Shown here: positions 8,618 through 16,628 of the stretch, one piece after another
Position numbering within the stretch: the stretch's first letter is position 1
Layout of the letters: each line of letters opens with the position of its first letter
Assembly (NCBI GenBank): GCA_001773775.1
Contig: MEXR01000048.1
Coordinates: 1-38,251 of the forward strand
Length of the DNA stretch: 38,251 bases
Origin: Candidatus Amesbacteria bacterium RIFOXYB1_FULL_44_23
Lineage (GTDB): Bacteria; Patescibacteriota; Microgenomatia; CAZETR01; Amesbacteraceae
Reading direction: 5' to 3'
Notes under the pieces: model-generated
Database searches by the model: none
The model's input: only the letters and a program-made list of their open reading frames with translations
Told to the model about the DNA's origin: nothing
Program-made: the position numbers and the translations under genes

Positions 8618-9213
8618 GTAATAGTCTTGCAATTAAAACTACCAACGACGATTTTATAGAAAGGCACGTAACTGATAAGGTTTACCGTAAAATCGTTAAG
8701 GAACTATCGGCGGCCGAGGACACCAAAGGGCGAGGCAGGAAGCTAGAACTAACCGCCGAAAAACTTCACAACTTTTTATATTATTTATCCATCGGTGCAA
8801 ACTATAACTTAGCCTCGGAGGCGGCCCAAATCTCAGAAAGTACGCGCCAAAAATACATGGCAAGGTCAGAAGAATTTCGGCGGGTAGCCAGCCTGGCAAA
8901 AGAAAACCTTAAAATCATCGCTTTAGTGGCAATTTCGAAGGCTATGTTAGGAAGAAAACCAGGCTACTACCAATATATTCATCCTGTGACAAAAGAAGCG
9001 ATATACATTTTGGAAAAAGAAATCTCGCCCAACCTTAGAGCGTGCATGTGGTGGCTCGATAAAACGCGGTATTTCGAAGAGCGCCGAGAAGAAGGAAAGG
9101 AAAATAGAAGCCAACTAGGATACCCCCAGAACGAACGAGAGGCCGAACTACTGGAAATGGTATTAAATCGGCACTATGACTATGTGAGAAAAAGAGAGCA
9201 AGAAGATAAGTAG
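8614..9213 (+). CDS. HTH protein resembling phage terminase small subunit-like proteins
   Basis: LTAEKL..YLSIG.NY..ASEAAQISEST..KYM....EF and ACMWWLDK pattern, recognised by eye. Confidence 0.5.
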   Translation: MSNSLAIKTTNDDFIERHVTDKVYRKIVKELSAAEDTKGRGRKLELTAEKLHNFLYYLSIGANYNLASEAAQISESTRQKYMARSEEFRRVASLAKENLKIIALVAISKAMLGRKPGYYQYIHPVTKEAIYILEKEISPNLRACMWWLDKTRYFEERREEGKENRSQLGYPQNEREAELLEMVLNRHYDYVRKREQEDK

Positions 9214-9218
9214 TCGAA

Positions 9219-9686
9219 TTATTCTAATTCTGCTTTTAGCTTAGTGACGTACTCTAGTCTTTCTTCGGGTTTAGATAGAATACTCTTTTTAGTCATATTT
9301 TCGTTGTATAAATCGCCGTCGTAACGGGGGAAGATATGAAGGTGGTAGTGAAAGGCGTGCTGGTTTCCTGCTGGTTCGTTATTTTGTCGTAAAGTTGTGC
9401 CGTCACATTTGTAAGCCTTTTTCATGGCAAGAGCGATTTTCTGCGAAACATCGAAAACCCTATTCCCCACTTCGGGCGGTAATTCGTATAAGTTCTCGAA
9501 ATGGTCGTTAGGAACCACAATTACATGCCCCTTAGCAGTATCTATCCAGAAAGAGTTTATGTATACACTCACAAGCTCATCTTTGTAGACTAAGTCGGCC
9601 TGCTTTAGTAGGGTGTCATCGTTTTCAATTCCTTTTACGCCTAAACAAATAGGACACTTGTAGTTGTTAGGCGCGTGATTATGCAT
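9219..9686 (-). CDS. HIT family nucleotide hydrolase
   Basis: CPIC, GHVIVVP, HYHLHIFPR histidine triad. Confidence 0.92.
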   Translation of the reverse strand: MHNHAPNNYKCPICLGVKGIENDDTLLKQADLVYKDELVSVYINSFWIDTAKGHVIVVPNDHFENLYELPPEVGNRVFDVSQKIALAMKKAYKCDGTTLRQNNEPAGNQHAFHYHLHIFPRYDGDLYNENMTKKSILSKPEERLEYVTKLKAELE

Positions 9687-9731
9687 ATTTCGAGTTTAAC
9701 AATTTTAGTCGATAATTGCTATAATTCTTTC

Positions 9732-10313
9732 ATGAGAATCTATCTTATAAGGCACGGGCAGACCACGGGCGATATAGAAGACCGATACGGTGGAGATTAC
9801 GAAGACCATTTAACCGAAGAAGGCAAAGAACAAGGAAAAAATTTAGCTAATAAATTAGTCGATAAGAATATAGAGGTTGTTTTTTGCAGTCCTAGAATCA
9901 GAGCGCAAGAAACAGCAGAATTTATTAAGCGAAAAACTGGTGTGCTAGTCGAAGTTGTGGAAGATATTCGAGAAAGAAACCACTACGGCGTGATGACTGG
10001 CATGGTTAAGGCCGAAGCGAAACTTAAATATCCCATCCTAGTAGAACTTCTTAAAGACACAAAAAAGACAGTAGATGGGGGTGAAGACTACGAAACCTTT
10101 AAGAGCAGAGTTGTAGGCGCGTGGAATAACCTTACAAGTTCAGACCATAAAACGATAGCAATCCTCTCTCACGGTGGCCCTATCAGGCTTATTTTTAGGG
10201 AAATTCTAAATAAAGGGGAAATTAAAATCGGCGACTGCGCCTATGCTGTCATAGATACGGACGGTGAAGTTTTAAGTATAGCCGAAACAGACGGAATAGA
10301 AGTGCAAGAATAA
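9732..10313 (+). CDS. histidine phosphatase (phosphoglycerate mutase) family
   Basis: LIRHGQT, SPRIRAQET, SHGG; TATAAT 6 nt before ATG 9732. Confidence 0.92.
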   Translation: MRIYLIRHGQTTGDIEDRYGGDYEDHLTEEGKEQGKNLANKLVDKNIEVVFCSPRIRAQETAEFIKRKTGVLVEVVEDIRERNHYGVMTGMVKAEAKLKYPILVELLKDTKKTVDGGEDYETFKSRVVGAWNNLTSSDHKTIAILSHGGPIRLIFREILNKGEIKIGDCAYAVIDTDGEVLSIAETDGIEVQE

Positions 10314-10314
10314 G

Positions 10315-10336
10315 TGCGCCATGTGGCGCATATTTT
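10315..10336 (+). terminator. probable intrinsic terminator
   Basis: TGCGCC-ATGT-GGCGCA followed by TATTTT. Confidence 0.5.
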
Positions 10337-10357
10337 GTTAGAATATAGGTGTAAATT

Positions 10358-11335
10358 ATGAAGATAAAAATTGACGAATTAAAGCAACTAATGAAGACCG
10401 CTCTAACGAGTAAATACTACTCGCCAGAGGAAGCAGATTTAATGGTGGAAGTCTTTTTGCACGCCGAGCTTACTGGCAAAAATACGCAAGGGATTCTTAA
10501 ACTTCTAGGAACAGAGCCAGCGCAGGACATAAAACCCAAGCACCCGCCTAAAATAACAAAGGAAACTAATTTGTCTGTCCTAATTGACGGCGGCGGTGCG
10601 GCGGGGCCTCTTGTAGGGCAAATCGCCACAAATAAAGCGATAGAAATCGCCAAAAAGAACAACTTCGCAATCGTAGGCACGAACAATACCTTTTCCTCGG
10701 TAGGGGCAATCGGCTTTTATGCGCGTAAAATAGCTGATTCCGATTTAATTGGAATTGTCGCCGCGAGTTCGCCGCGTGGAGTACTTCACTTCGGCGGCAT
10801 TGACCCAGCTTACGGAACTAATCCGACAGCTTTCGGATTCCCCACAAACGAGTTTCCTATCGTTTTCGACATGGCCGCTTCTGCAATTACTTGGTATGGC
10901 CTAGTTAGAGCAAAAGCTTTAGGACAGAAACTTCCCGATAATGTCGCAGTAGATAAGGAAGGGAACCTTACCACTGACCCAGAAGAAGCCATGAAAGGCG
11001 CCATATTACCCTTCGACCGTTCGTATAAAGGTTCTGGCATGGCTATGGTGGTAGAGTTACTGGCTGGGCCTTTAGTAGGTGCCTCTTACGTACATGACAA
11101 TGGCGACTGGGGTACTGTTTTTATTGCTATTAACCCAGAATTACTTGTAGGCGTCGAGGACTTTAAGACTCATGCTTCCGACCTTGTTAAAAAGGTAAAA
11201 TCTGGCAGAACAAAAAATGGTGAGATAATTCACATTCCAGGGTACGATTCAGAGGCTACAAGGCAAACTATTTTAGATAGTGGCGAAATAGAAATGGAAG
11301 AAAAACTTATTAACGACTTAAAAGCAAAAATATAA
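10358..11335 (+). CDS. Ldh_2 family oxidoreductase (malate/L-lactate/ureidoglycolate dehydrogenase-like)
   Basis: GTNPTAF, FDMAAS, YKGSG, IPG motifs. Confidence 0.88.
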   Translation: MKIKIDELKQLMKTALTSKYYSPEEADLMVEVFLHAELTGKNTQGILKLLGTEPAQDIKPKHPPKITKETNLSVLIDGGGAAGPLVGQIATNKAIEIAKKNNFAIVGTNNTFSSVGAIGFYARKIADSDLIGIVAASSPRGVLHFGGIDPAYGTNPTAFGFPTNEFPIVFDMAASAITWYGLVRAKALGQKLPDNVAVDKEGNLTTDPEEAMKGAILPFDRSYKGSGMAMVVELLAGPLVGASYVHDNGDWGTVFIAINPELLVGVEDFKTHASDLVKKVKSGRTKNGEIIHIPGYDSEATRQTILDSGEIEMEEKLINDLKAKI

Positions 11336-11350
11336 AATCGGAGAATCTAT

Positions 11351-11968
11351 ATGTTAAATGAAAATTTCGTAATTGTAGGTACTTTAATAGGTGCGGTAGG
11401 TTCATTAGCCTATTTAATTGACACGGTAAAGGGAAAAGTGAAACCTAATAGGGTATCCTTTCTACTCTGGTCGATTGCGCCGTTTATAGCTTTTGCCGCA
11501 CAGATAAAACAGGGTGTAGGCTTAGAGTCGCTAATGACATTTAGCACGGGTTTTTTACCGTTTATTATCTTCTTAGCTTCATTCGTAAATAAAAAGGCTG
11601 AATGGAAACTAACGAGATTCGATATTATTTGCGGCGTTTTATCTATATTAGGCCTTATTTTATGGCTGGTAACTAGGGTCGGAAACATTGCGATAACATT
11701 TAGTATCCTGGCAGACGGACTTGCCGCAGTACCGACAATAATTAAAGCTTATAAATACCCAGATACAGAGATTGCCTGGCCCTGGATTGCTACCGCTTTC
11801 GGCGTAGTCCTCACCCTCCTAACGCTTGACGGTCTAACTTTCGCCAACTCTGGATTTATTATTTACATACTAATTGTAAACACCCTTATTTTCAGCCTAG
11901 TTCAGTTTAGAATCGGCGAAAAATTGGGATTTAAGTCAGAAGAAGAAGGCCCGTTAAGAGACAAGTAA
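11351..11968 (+). CDS. multi-pass membrane protein
   Basis: About 7 hydrophobic segments; KPNRVSFLLW and PTIIKAYKYPDTE loop motifs. Confidence 0.75.
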   Translation: MLNENFVIVGTLIGAVGSLAYLIDTVKGKVKPNRVSFLLWSIAPFIAFAAQIKQGVGLESLMTFSTGFLPFIIFLASFVNKKAEWKLTRFDIICGVLSILGLILWLVTRVGNIAITFSILADGLAAVPTIIKAYKYPDTEIAWPWIATAFGVVLTLLTLDGLTFANSGFIIYILIVNTLIFSLVQFRIGEKLGFKSEEEGPLRDK

Positions 11969-11974
11969 AATACG

Positions 11975-13447
11975 TTAGGCTTTAGAAGCAGACGGCTTAT
12001 TATCTTTCCTGGCGTCGATAAGTACGATGTTTTCTGCATCCGTTAAACCCAACCTTTTTAGAATATCCTGCACTCGCTTTAATTCCTTTAAGGTAAAGTA
12101 AATTATCACCTTAATGTTTTTATCGGTATCGTTGGCCTTTTCGTACACTCCTACCTGGTTTTGCAAATTTCTTTCTAATTGGGTATTAGTCGCAAGTTTT
12201 AGTTCGACCAAACTTTTATCGGCAGAGCCTTTAGAAACCTTTACGTCTACTGGGCCACGACCATTATTCACTTCGGTATTAAAGTCGAAGGTGGAACCGT
12301 ACCAGGTCAAGCGATAGGCTATTTTTAGGTCTTCCTCACGCCGTATAGGTTCTCCGTTAACGTAGAAGTACCTGTACCCGTCGTTATTTTCTATTACTGA
12401 CTTTAGGTACTGAACCCGCTGCATGGCTTCCTGGTAGGAGTCTGGGCTGGTTTTATAAAAGTCAGTCTTTTCGCCTAGAAGTAAGGCCAGAGCCTTAAAC
12501 TGCTCGGTATAGACCGTTTCAGAGAATGCCACTTTTTGCTCGCTAATGCTAGTCGCCCTATCGCCGTTATCCTCTTTACGCTTAATGTAATAATCAATTA
12601 GCTCTGGGAATTCGAGAATGGTCTTAATAGCCGCCTCTTTTTCATCCTTCCTTTTTGGCTCTTCGGGCAAGACGCTTTGGAAATAATTATTTACTTTCGC
12701 TCGTAATTCTTCGTTCGAAATTGCATAGGGAATGCTTGCAAATTCGTCTACCAGGTCGTCTTTATTTATCCAGGTTTCGTCCTTCGTAAGCATGTCTTTA
12801 GGAGTTAGAATTACAAAATCACCCTGGAAGCTAGGTAAATAATACCCGTCTTCTTCCCACGACTGGGTGTCATAGTTGAATCGTGCGCGGGGTACACGAA
12901 AATTACGGCAGAGCTTGGGGTCGAGATGTTTTTGTGCGAATACTTGGGTATATTGCAGTAGGTAGTCTTTTATGAGGTTTGTTGTAAAGTCGCTGATATT
13001 ATCTTTACCGACGCCATCTTTTATAAGGCACAACTTTTCTAAATGGGAACTTCTGGTAACTTTTTCCTGGCCGTAGTCGTTAAAAATTCTGGCGAAATTT
13101 TCATTTAATGCCCGCGCAAAATCATTACCTAGTGCGCTTCCCTTATTACCTTCTACCGAAAAGCCGAACCAGTTTTGCTCGACTTCCTTAAAACGATACC
13201 AGGCAGACAATAAGCCTTTGTTAATCGGTTGGGAAGTAGATTTATCACGCAAGAAACGCAGATAAGTAATTATCCCTTCGTGGAGTTGCTGGTACTCTGA
13301 TTTTTTGCTGTTAAAAAGCAGGAAGGGGTCAATAAAAAGAGGTAGGTCGGCGACCAGTGAAATATCGAACGCCCCGTAATCTTCTAGCGCCTTCTTACTG
13401 ATTCCGAAATAATCGGAAAATAATATCTTCGGCTGGTTATTTTCCAT
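11975..13447 (-). CDS. uncharacterised protein with C-terminal PD-(D/E)xK nuclease-like motif
   Basis: E..NGRGPVDVKV....LVELK...Q...Y; N-terminal DLPLFIDPFLLF. Confidence 0.6.
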   Translation of the reverse strand: MENNQPKILFSDYFGISKKALEDYGAFDISLVADLPLFIDPFLLFNSKKSEYQQLHEGIITYLRFLRDKSTSQPINKGLLSAWYRFKEVEQNWFGFSVEGNKGSALGNDFARALNENFARIFNDYGQEKVTRSSHLEKLCLIKDGVGKDNISDFTTNLIKDYLLQYTQVFAQKHLDPKLCRNFRVPRARFNYDTQSWEEDGYYLPSFQGDFVILTPKDMLTKDETWINKDDLVDEFASIPYAISNEELRAKVNNYFQSVLPEEPKRKDEKEAAIKTILEFPELIDYYIKRKEDNGDRATSISEQKVAFSETVYTEQFKALALLLGEKTDFYKTSPDSYQEAMQRVQYLKSVIENNDGYRYFYVNGEPIRREEDLKIAYRLTWYGSTFDFNTEVNNGRGPVDVKVSKGSADKSLVELKLATNTQLERNLQNQVGVYEKANDTDKNIKVIIYFTLKELKRVQDILKRLGLTDAENIVLIDARKDNKPSASKA

Positions 13448-13521
13448 AACATAGGACAGTTAAGTTATTATAACTCACCCAGGGTAACAATTTCATGCTA
13501 TTCTGCCGAAATTATTGCCAC

Positions 13522-13821
13522 CTACTGCGCTAATTTGCTTTCGATAAGTTCTCTAGCCTTCTTAGCGTCGTCGACTTTAATAAAGCCGCCTTCGAGTTTT
13601 TGGTCGCCAGTGCTATGGATGATAATTTTTGCCGCACCACCAGAGATAAACGGAATTTTTACCGCCTGAACTTTTAACTCTACCCCAGAAATGTTTTTAT
13701 AAAACAAGGTTTTAGAGTTATCTACGCCAAGCGCTTTAAGCTCTATAGCTACTCGGTCGTCATAAACGACTAAATGGCCGCCAGTACAGCGTGTCTTAAA
13801 TAATTGTTGCATTAGATTCAC
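13522..13821 (-). CDS. small beta-rich (PH-like) hypothetical protein
   Basis: 99-aa ORF preceded by AGGGGG; alternating beta pattern and terminal helix. Confidence 0.55.
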   Translation of the reverse strand: MNLMQQLFKTRCTGGHLVVYDDRVAIELKALGVDNSKTLFYKNISGVELKVQAVKIPFISGGAAKIIIHSTGDQKLEGGFIKVDDAKKARELIESKLAQ

Positions 13822-13882
13822 CCCCTTTCATAATTTTTAACCTTTAACTTAGGATTCTTATTTTTGCTGGGGGCTTTTCCAC

Positions 13883-14012
13883 AAAAAGCTCCCACCAGCG
13901 ATGGCTTGCGCCACCTGCTACCCTTTCGGATAACAGCCTCGACAGCGCTCTGGTAGGAGCTTGTTGCTGTCGAGGTCTTTGTGCCATGCCCCTTACGGGG
14001 TTTAGGCAACAC
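13883..14012 (-). ncRNA. candidate structured RNA of unknown family
   Basis: Four adjacent hairpins, three with GNRA loops (GUAA, GAAA, GCAA) on the minus strand, plus an alternative 13-bp helix ending in a U-tract. Confidence 0.6.
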
Positions 14013-14028
14013 TAGATTTTATTTAGCC

Positions 14029-14214
14029 TTACGGCTTAGTTGTACTATTCATTATTTTCTGTATGTCTGACAATTTGTATCGTCTATCCTTTCTCTTTCC
14101 TATTCTAACAGCGTTTAGACGGCCTTCGTTATCCCAACGTCGAAGCGTTTCGGGGTTTATCCCTAGTAGTTCGGCCGCTTCCCTAATTTTTATGAGTTTA
14201 CTATTATCATTCAT
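14029..14214 (-). CDS. MerR-like HTH excisionase / recombination directionality factor
   Basis: IREAAELLGINPETLRRWDNEG..R...RRY; divergent from the recombinase operon. Confidence 0.85.
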   Translation of the reverse strand: MNDNSKLIKIREAAELLGINPETLRRWDNEGRLNAVRIGKRKDRRYKLSDIQKIMNSTTKP

Positions 14215-14262
14215 AACTTCTATTAAATTATACTATAATAAACATACGAAAAGTAAAGAACT

Positions 14263-14667
14263 ATGAAAAATAAATCGGATAAGTACAAACTTCCCACAGG
14301 TGACGAATACGAAGGGCTTTTCAACCCAGAAGATTTAATGACCGTGTATTTCGTTAGGAATGGCGTCGGCTATAGGTGGGGTATTCCTTATAAAATTTTC
14401 GCTTCTAGTCGCTTCCAGGATATGAAGGAACCGTACGCAGATAAGGATTTAGTGGCGCTAGGCGGTGTTTTATTCGACATTTTAGTTATCGACAAGTATG
14501 CAATCGACTTCAAGCAAAAGACAGGCGTACAGAAGTTAAGCGTGGTCGTGAGGTCGTCCGAAACCGAGGATAAACAATTACTTCATAAACTGACGGGTAA
14601 GTTTCGAGAAAAAAGCGAAGTACTGAATAGAGATAGCATACCAGGAACTAATAAAGACCATGAATAG
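14263..14667 (+). CDS. hypothetical protein overlapping recombinase start
   Basis: 134-aa ORF with 8-nt overlap with the recombinase. Confidence 0.65.
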   Translation: MKNKSDKYKLPTGDEYEGLFNPEDLMTVYFVRNGVGYRWGIPYKIFASSRFQDMKEPYADKDLVALGGVLFDILVIDKYAIDFKQKTGVQKLSVVVRSSETEDKQLLHKLTGKFREKSEVLNRDSIPGTNKDHE

Positions 14668-16426
14668 TAAGCAAACAGTACCACTTCGGGCGGCAGTTTA
14701 CCTTCGGGTATCGACTGACGACCAGATAGAAAAATACGGCATTCCGCTACAAAAAGCGGCTGTAGACGCTGTAATTAACTCTAAAGGAAAGCTGGACGAC
14801 GGCTCGCCCGCTATGGTGCTTGCAGGAGAGCAATATATTTATAAGGACGAGGGTGTGAGCGGCGCTGACCCACTAGACGAACGACCAGCCTTTCTACGCA
14901 TGAAGGAAGATATAGAAAATGCGCCAGAGGGCGAAAAACCGTTCGATATTGTAGCCGTTTATCGAATTGACAGGTTCGCACGTAAGCTAAAAATTTTACT
15001 AGAGGTAATCGAATACTACGAAGCCCATGACATTCAGTTCATATCTGCCAATGAAAGTATCGACACTTCCACCCCGTTTGGTAAGGCTATGCTAGGTATT
15101 ATCGGCGTAATTGCCGAGCTGGAAAGAGAAACTACAAAAGCCAGAACCCAAGCTGGCAAAGTGCAAGCCATAGAACGAGGGGTCTATATGGGCGCACAAG
15201 CGCCTTATGGCTACCTAAAAGATAAGGACAAGCACCTACAAGTTTTTGCACCAGAGTCTAAAGTTGTCGAAGAAATCTTCGAATTGTTCGTATCACAGAA
15301 AAAGAATACCCAACAAATAGCAGACTACCTAGCTAGTAAGAAAATCCTTACCCCACTTCCTTCGGCAGTTCATTATGGAAAAAGACGAAAGGGACGCACA
15401 AAAGTTAACGACGAATACTTCTGGCGGGATTCTACCGTAAGAGGCATTGTTAAGGATGAAATATATCTGGGAATTTACTACTACAATAAGCACGAAGGAA
15501 AAAAACGCTTAGATAAATCACTCTGGAAAAAATCACCGACAGAACATGATTCCATTATCGACTATGGCACCTTTAGCATGGCCCAACAGCGTATTAAAGA
15601 AGATGTGGCCTTACGTAATAGCGCTAAAGCGGTCGAAAACCACTTATACCTACTATCTGGCCTCTTAAAATGCCACGCATGTTACGACCCATATTCTGGT
15701 CGCGACCCACTAAACTGGTCTGGTACAAGTAAGGTTATAAAGAAAAACGGCAAACGTGCCTACTACTATCATTGTGGGGCTAAAAACTCTAAGAAATACT
15801 CGACTGTGTGTAAAGCAATTCCATTCCCAGCCGATGAAATAGAAGCATTCGTTACCCAGTTTATTAAAGACTTGCTAAGCGACCCAGAGAACGTCTACAG
15901 GCATATTAACACGTTGCAATCTACGAAAATGGATAAAAGGAAGCTCCTAAAAAGACAGGTAGATATAACAAAAATGTTAAATCGAATACCTGGTAGCCGC
16001 CAGAATATAAAGCGCATGTACGGCAAAGGAGACATTACCGACGCAGACTACGACGAAAGAATGGCTAATGTTAAAAAGCAGGAAGCTGATTTAAGGAAAG
16101 ATTTATTAGTAATACAGGGACAAATCGGCGAAGATAAAATCTCGGAAATTTATGCTAGTACCTTTAAGCTGTTCGCGAAAAAATACAAGCCTTTCCTAGA
16201 CGGCCTAATGACCGACAGGCAGGAAGTATCCGACCTAATTCACCTTATTGTCGACAGAGTTAACGTTTATACGCGAAAAGCAACGAAAAAAGACAAAATC
16301 GCAGGCCGAAAAAAGGAAGACCAGGTAATCCCATACCAGGTGAGGATAGATTTACGCTTGCCGCAAGACATTATGCAACGCCTAGCACGGCAAGGTAAGT
16401 TCGAAGTCAGAAACGATAACTTGTGA
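14660..16426 (+). CDS. large serine recombinase (integrase)
   Basis: YLRVST catalytic Ser, DEGVSG, RP, DRFAR, APYGY, Zn-ribbon LLSGLLKCHAC...YYHC, coiled coil. Confidence 0.95.
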   Translation: MNSKQTVPLRAAVYLRVSTDDQIEKYGIPLQKAAVDAVINSKGKLDDGSPAMVLAGEQYIYKDEGVSGADPLDERPAFLRMKEDIENAPEGEKPFDIVAVYRIDRFARKLKILLEVIEYYEAHDIQFISANESIDTSTPFGKAMLGIIGVIAELERETTKARTQAGKVQAIERGVYMGAQAPYGYLKDKDKHLQVFAPESKVVEEIFELFVSQKKNTQQIADYLASKKILTPLPSAVHYGKRRKGRTKVNDEYFWRDSTVRGIVKDEIYLGIYYYNKHEGKKRLDKSLWKKSPTEHDSIIDYGTFSMAQQRIKEDVALRNSAKAVENHLYLLSGLLKCHACYDPYSGRDPLNWSGTSKVIKKNGKRAYYYHCGAKNSKKYSTVCKAIPFPADEIEAFVTQFIKDLLSDPENVYRHINTLQSTKMDKRKLLKRQVDITKMLNRIPGSRQNIKRMYGKGDITDADYDERMANVKKQEADLRKDLLVIQGQIGEDKISEIYASTFKLFAKKYKPFLDGLMTDRQEVSDLIHLIVDRVNVYTRKATKKDKIAGRKKEDQVIPYQVRIDLRLPQDIMQRLARQGKFEVRNDNL

Positions 16427-16496
16427 CTCCACGGGGACTCGAACCCCGGTTACCAGGATGAGAACCTGGTGTCCTAGACCGCTAGACGATGGAGCC
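16424..16496 (-). tRNA. tRNA-Glu (anticodon CTC), CCA not encoded
   Basis: GGCTCCA/TGGAGTC acceptor stem, CCAGG-TTCTCAT-CCTGG anticodon arm, GTTCGAGT T-loop. Confidence 0.95.
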
Positions 16497-16506
16497 TGGT
16501 AGCTTA

Positions 16507-16515
16507 ATTTTACCA
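16507..16515 (-). promoter_or_regulatory. extended -10 promoter for tRNA-Glu
   Basis: TGGTAAAAT 10 nt upstream of the tRNA 5' end. Confidence 0.55.
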
Positions 16516-16538
16516 TTATTTAGCCTGAGGCTAATCAA

Positions 16539-16567
16539 TTGACAAACCTGTCTCGTTAGAGTAACAT
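16539..16567 (+). promoter_or_regulatory. sigma70-type promoter of greA
   Basis: TTGACA-17nt-TAACAT. Confidence 0.7.
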
Positions 16568-16589
16568 TCTCCGTTGGTGTCTCTTTTTA

Positions 16590-16616
16590 TCCCCGCTTAA
16601 ACGGGGAATATTTTTT
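16590..16616 (+). terminator. terminator-like hairpin in the greA leader
   Basis: TCCCCG-CTTAAA-CGGGGA then ATATTTTTT, between promoter and ATG. Confidence 0.55.
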
Positions 16617-16628
16617 AAAGCCGCATTC

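Larger units (their letters stand above)
8471..16425. mobile_element. ~7.95 kb integrative element inserted at tRNA-Glu 3' end
   Basis: Serine recombinase and Xis-like gene abut the tRNA; TTGTG core at 8471-8475 and 16421-16425; GATC and CCGG not seen within these limits. Confidence 0.85.

Noticed and set aside
13818-14012. 64-aa ORF
   Set aside because: Coincides with dense RNA-like structure and has no protein motif
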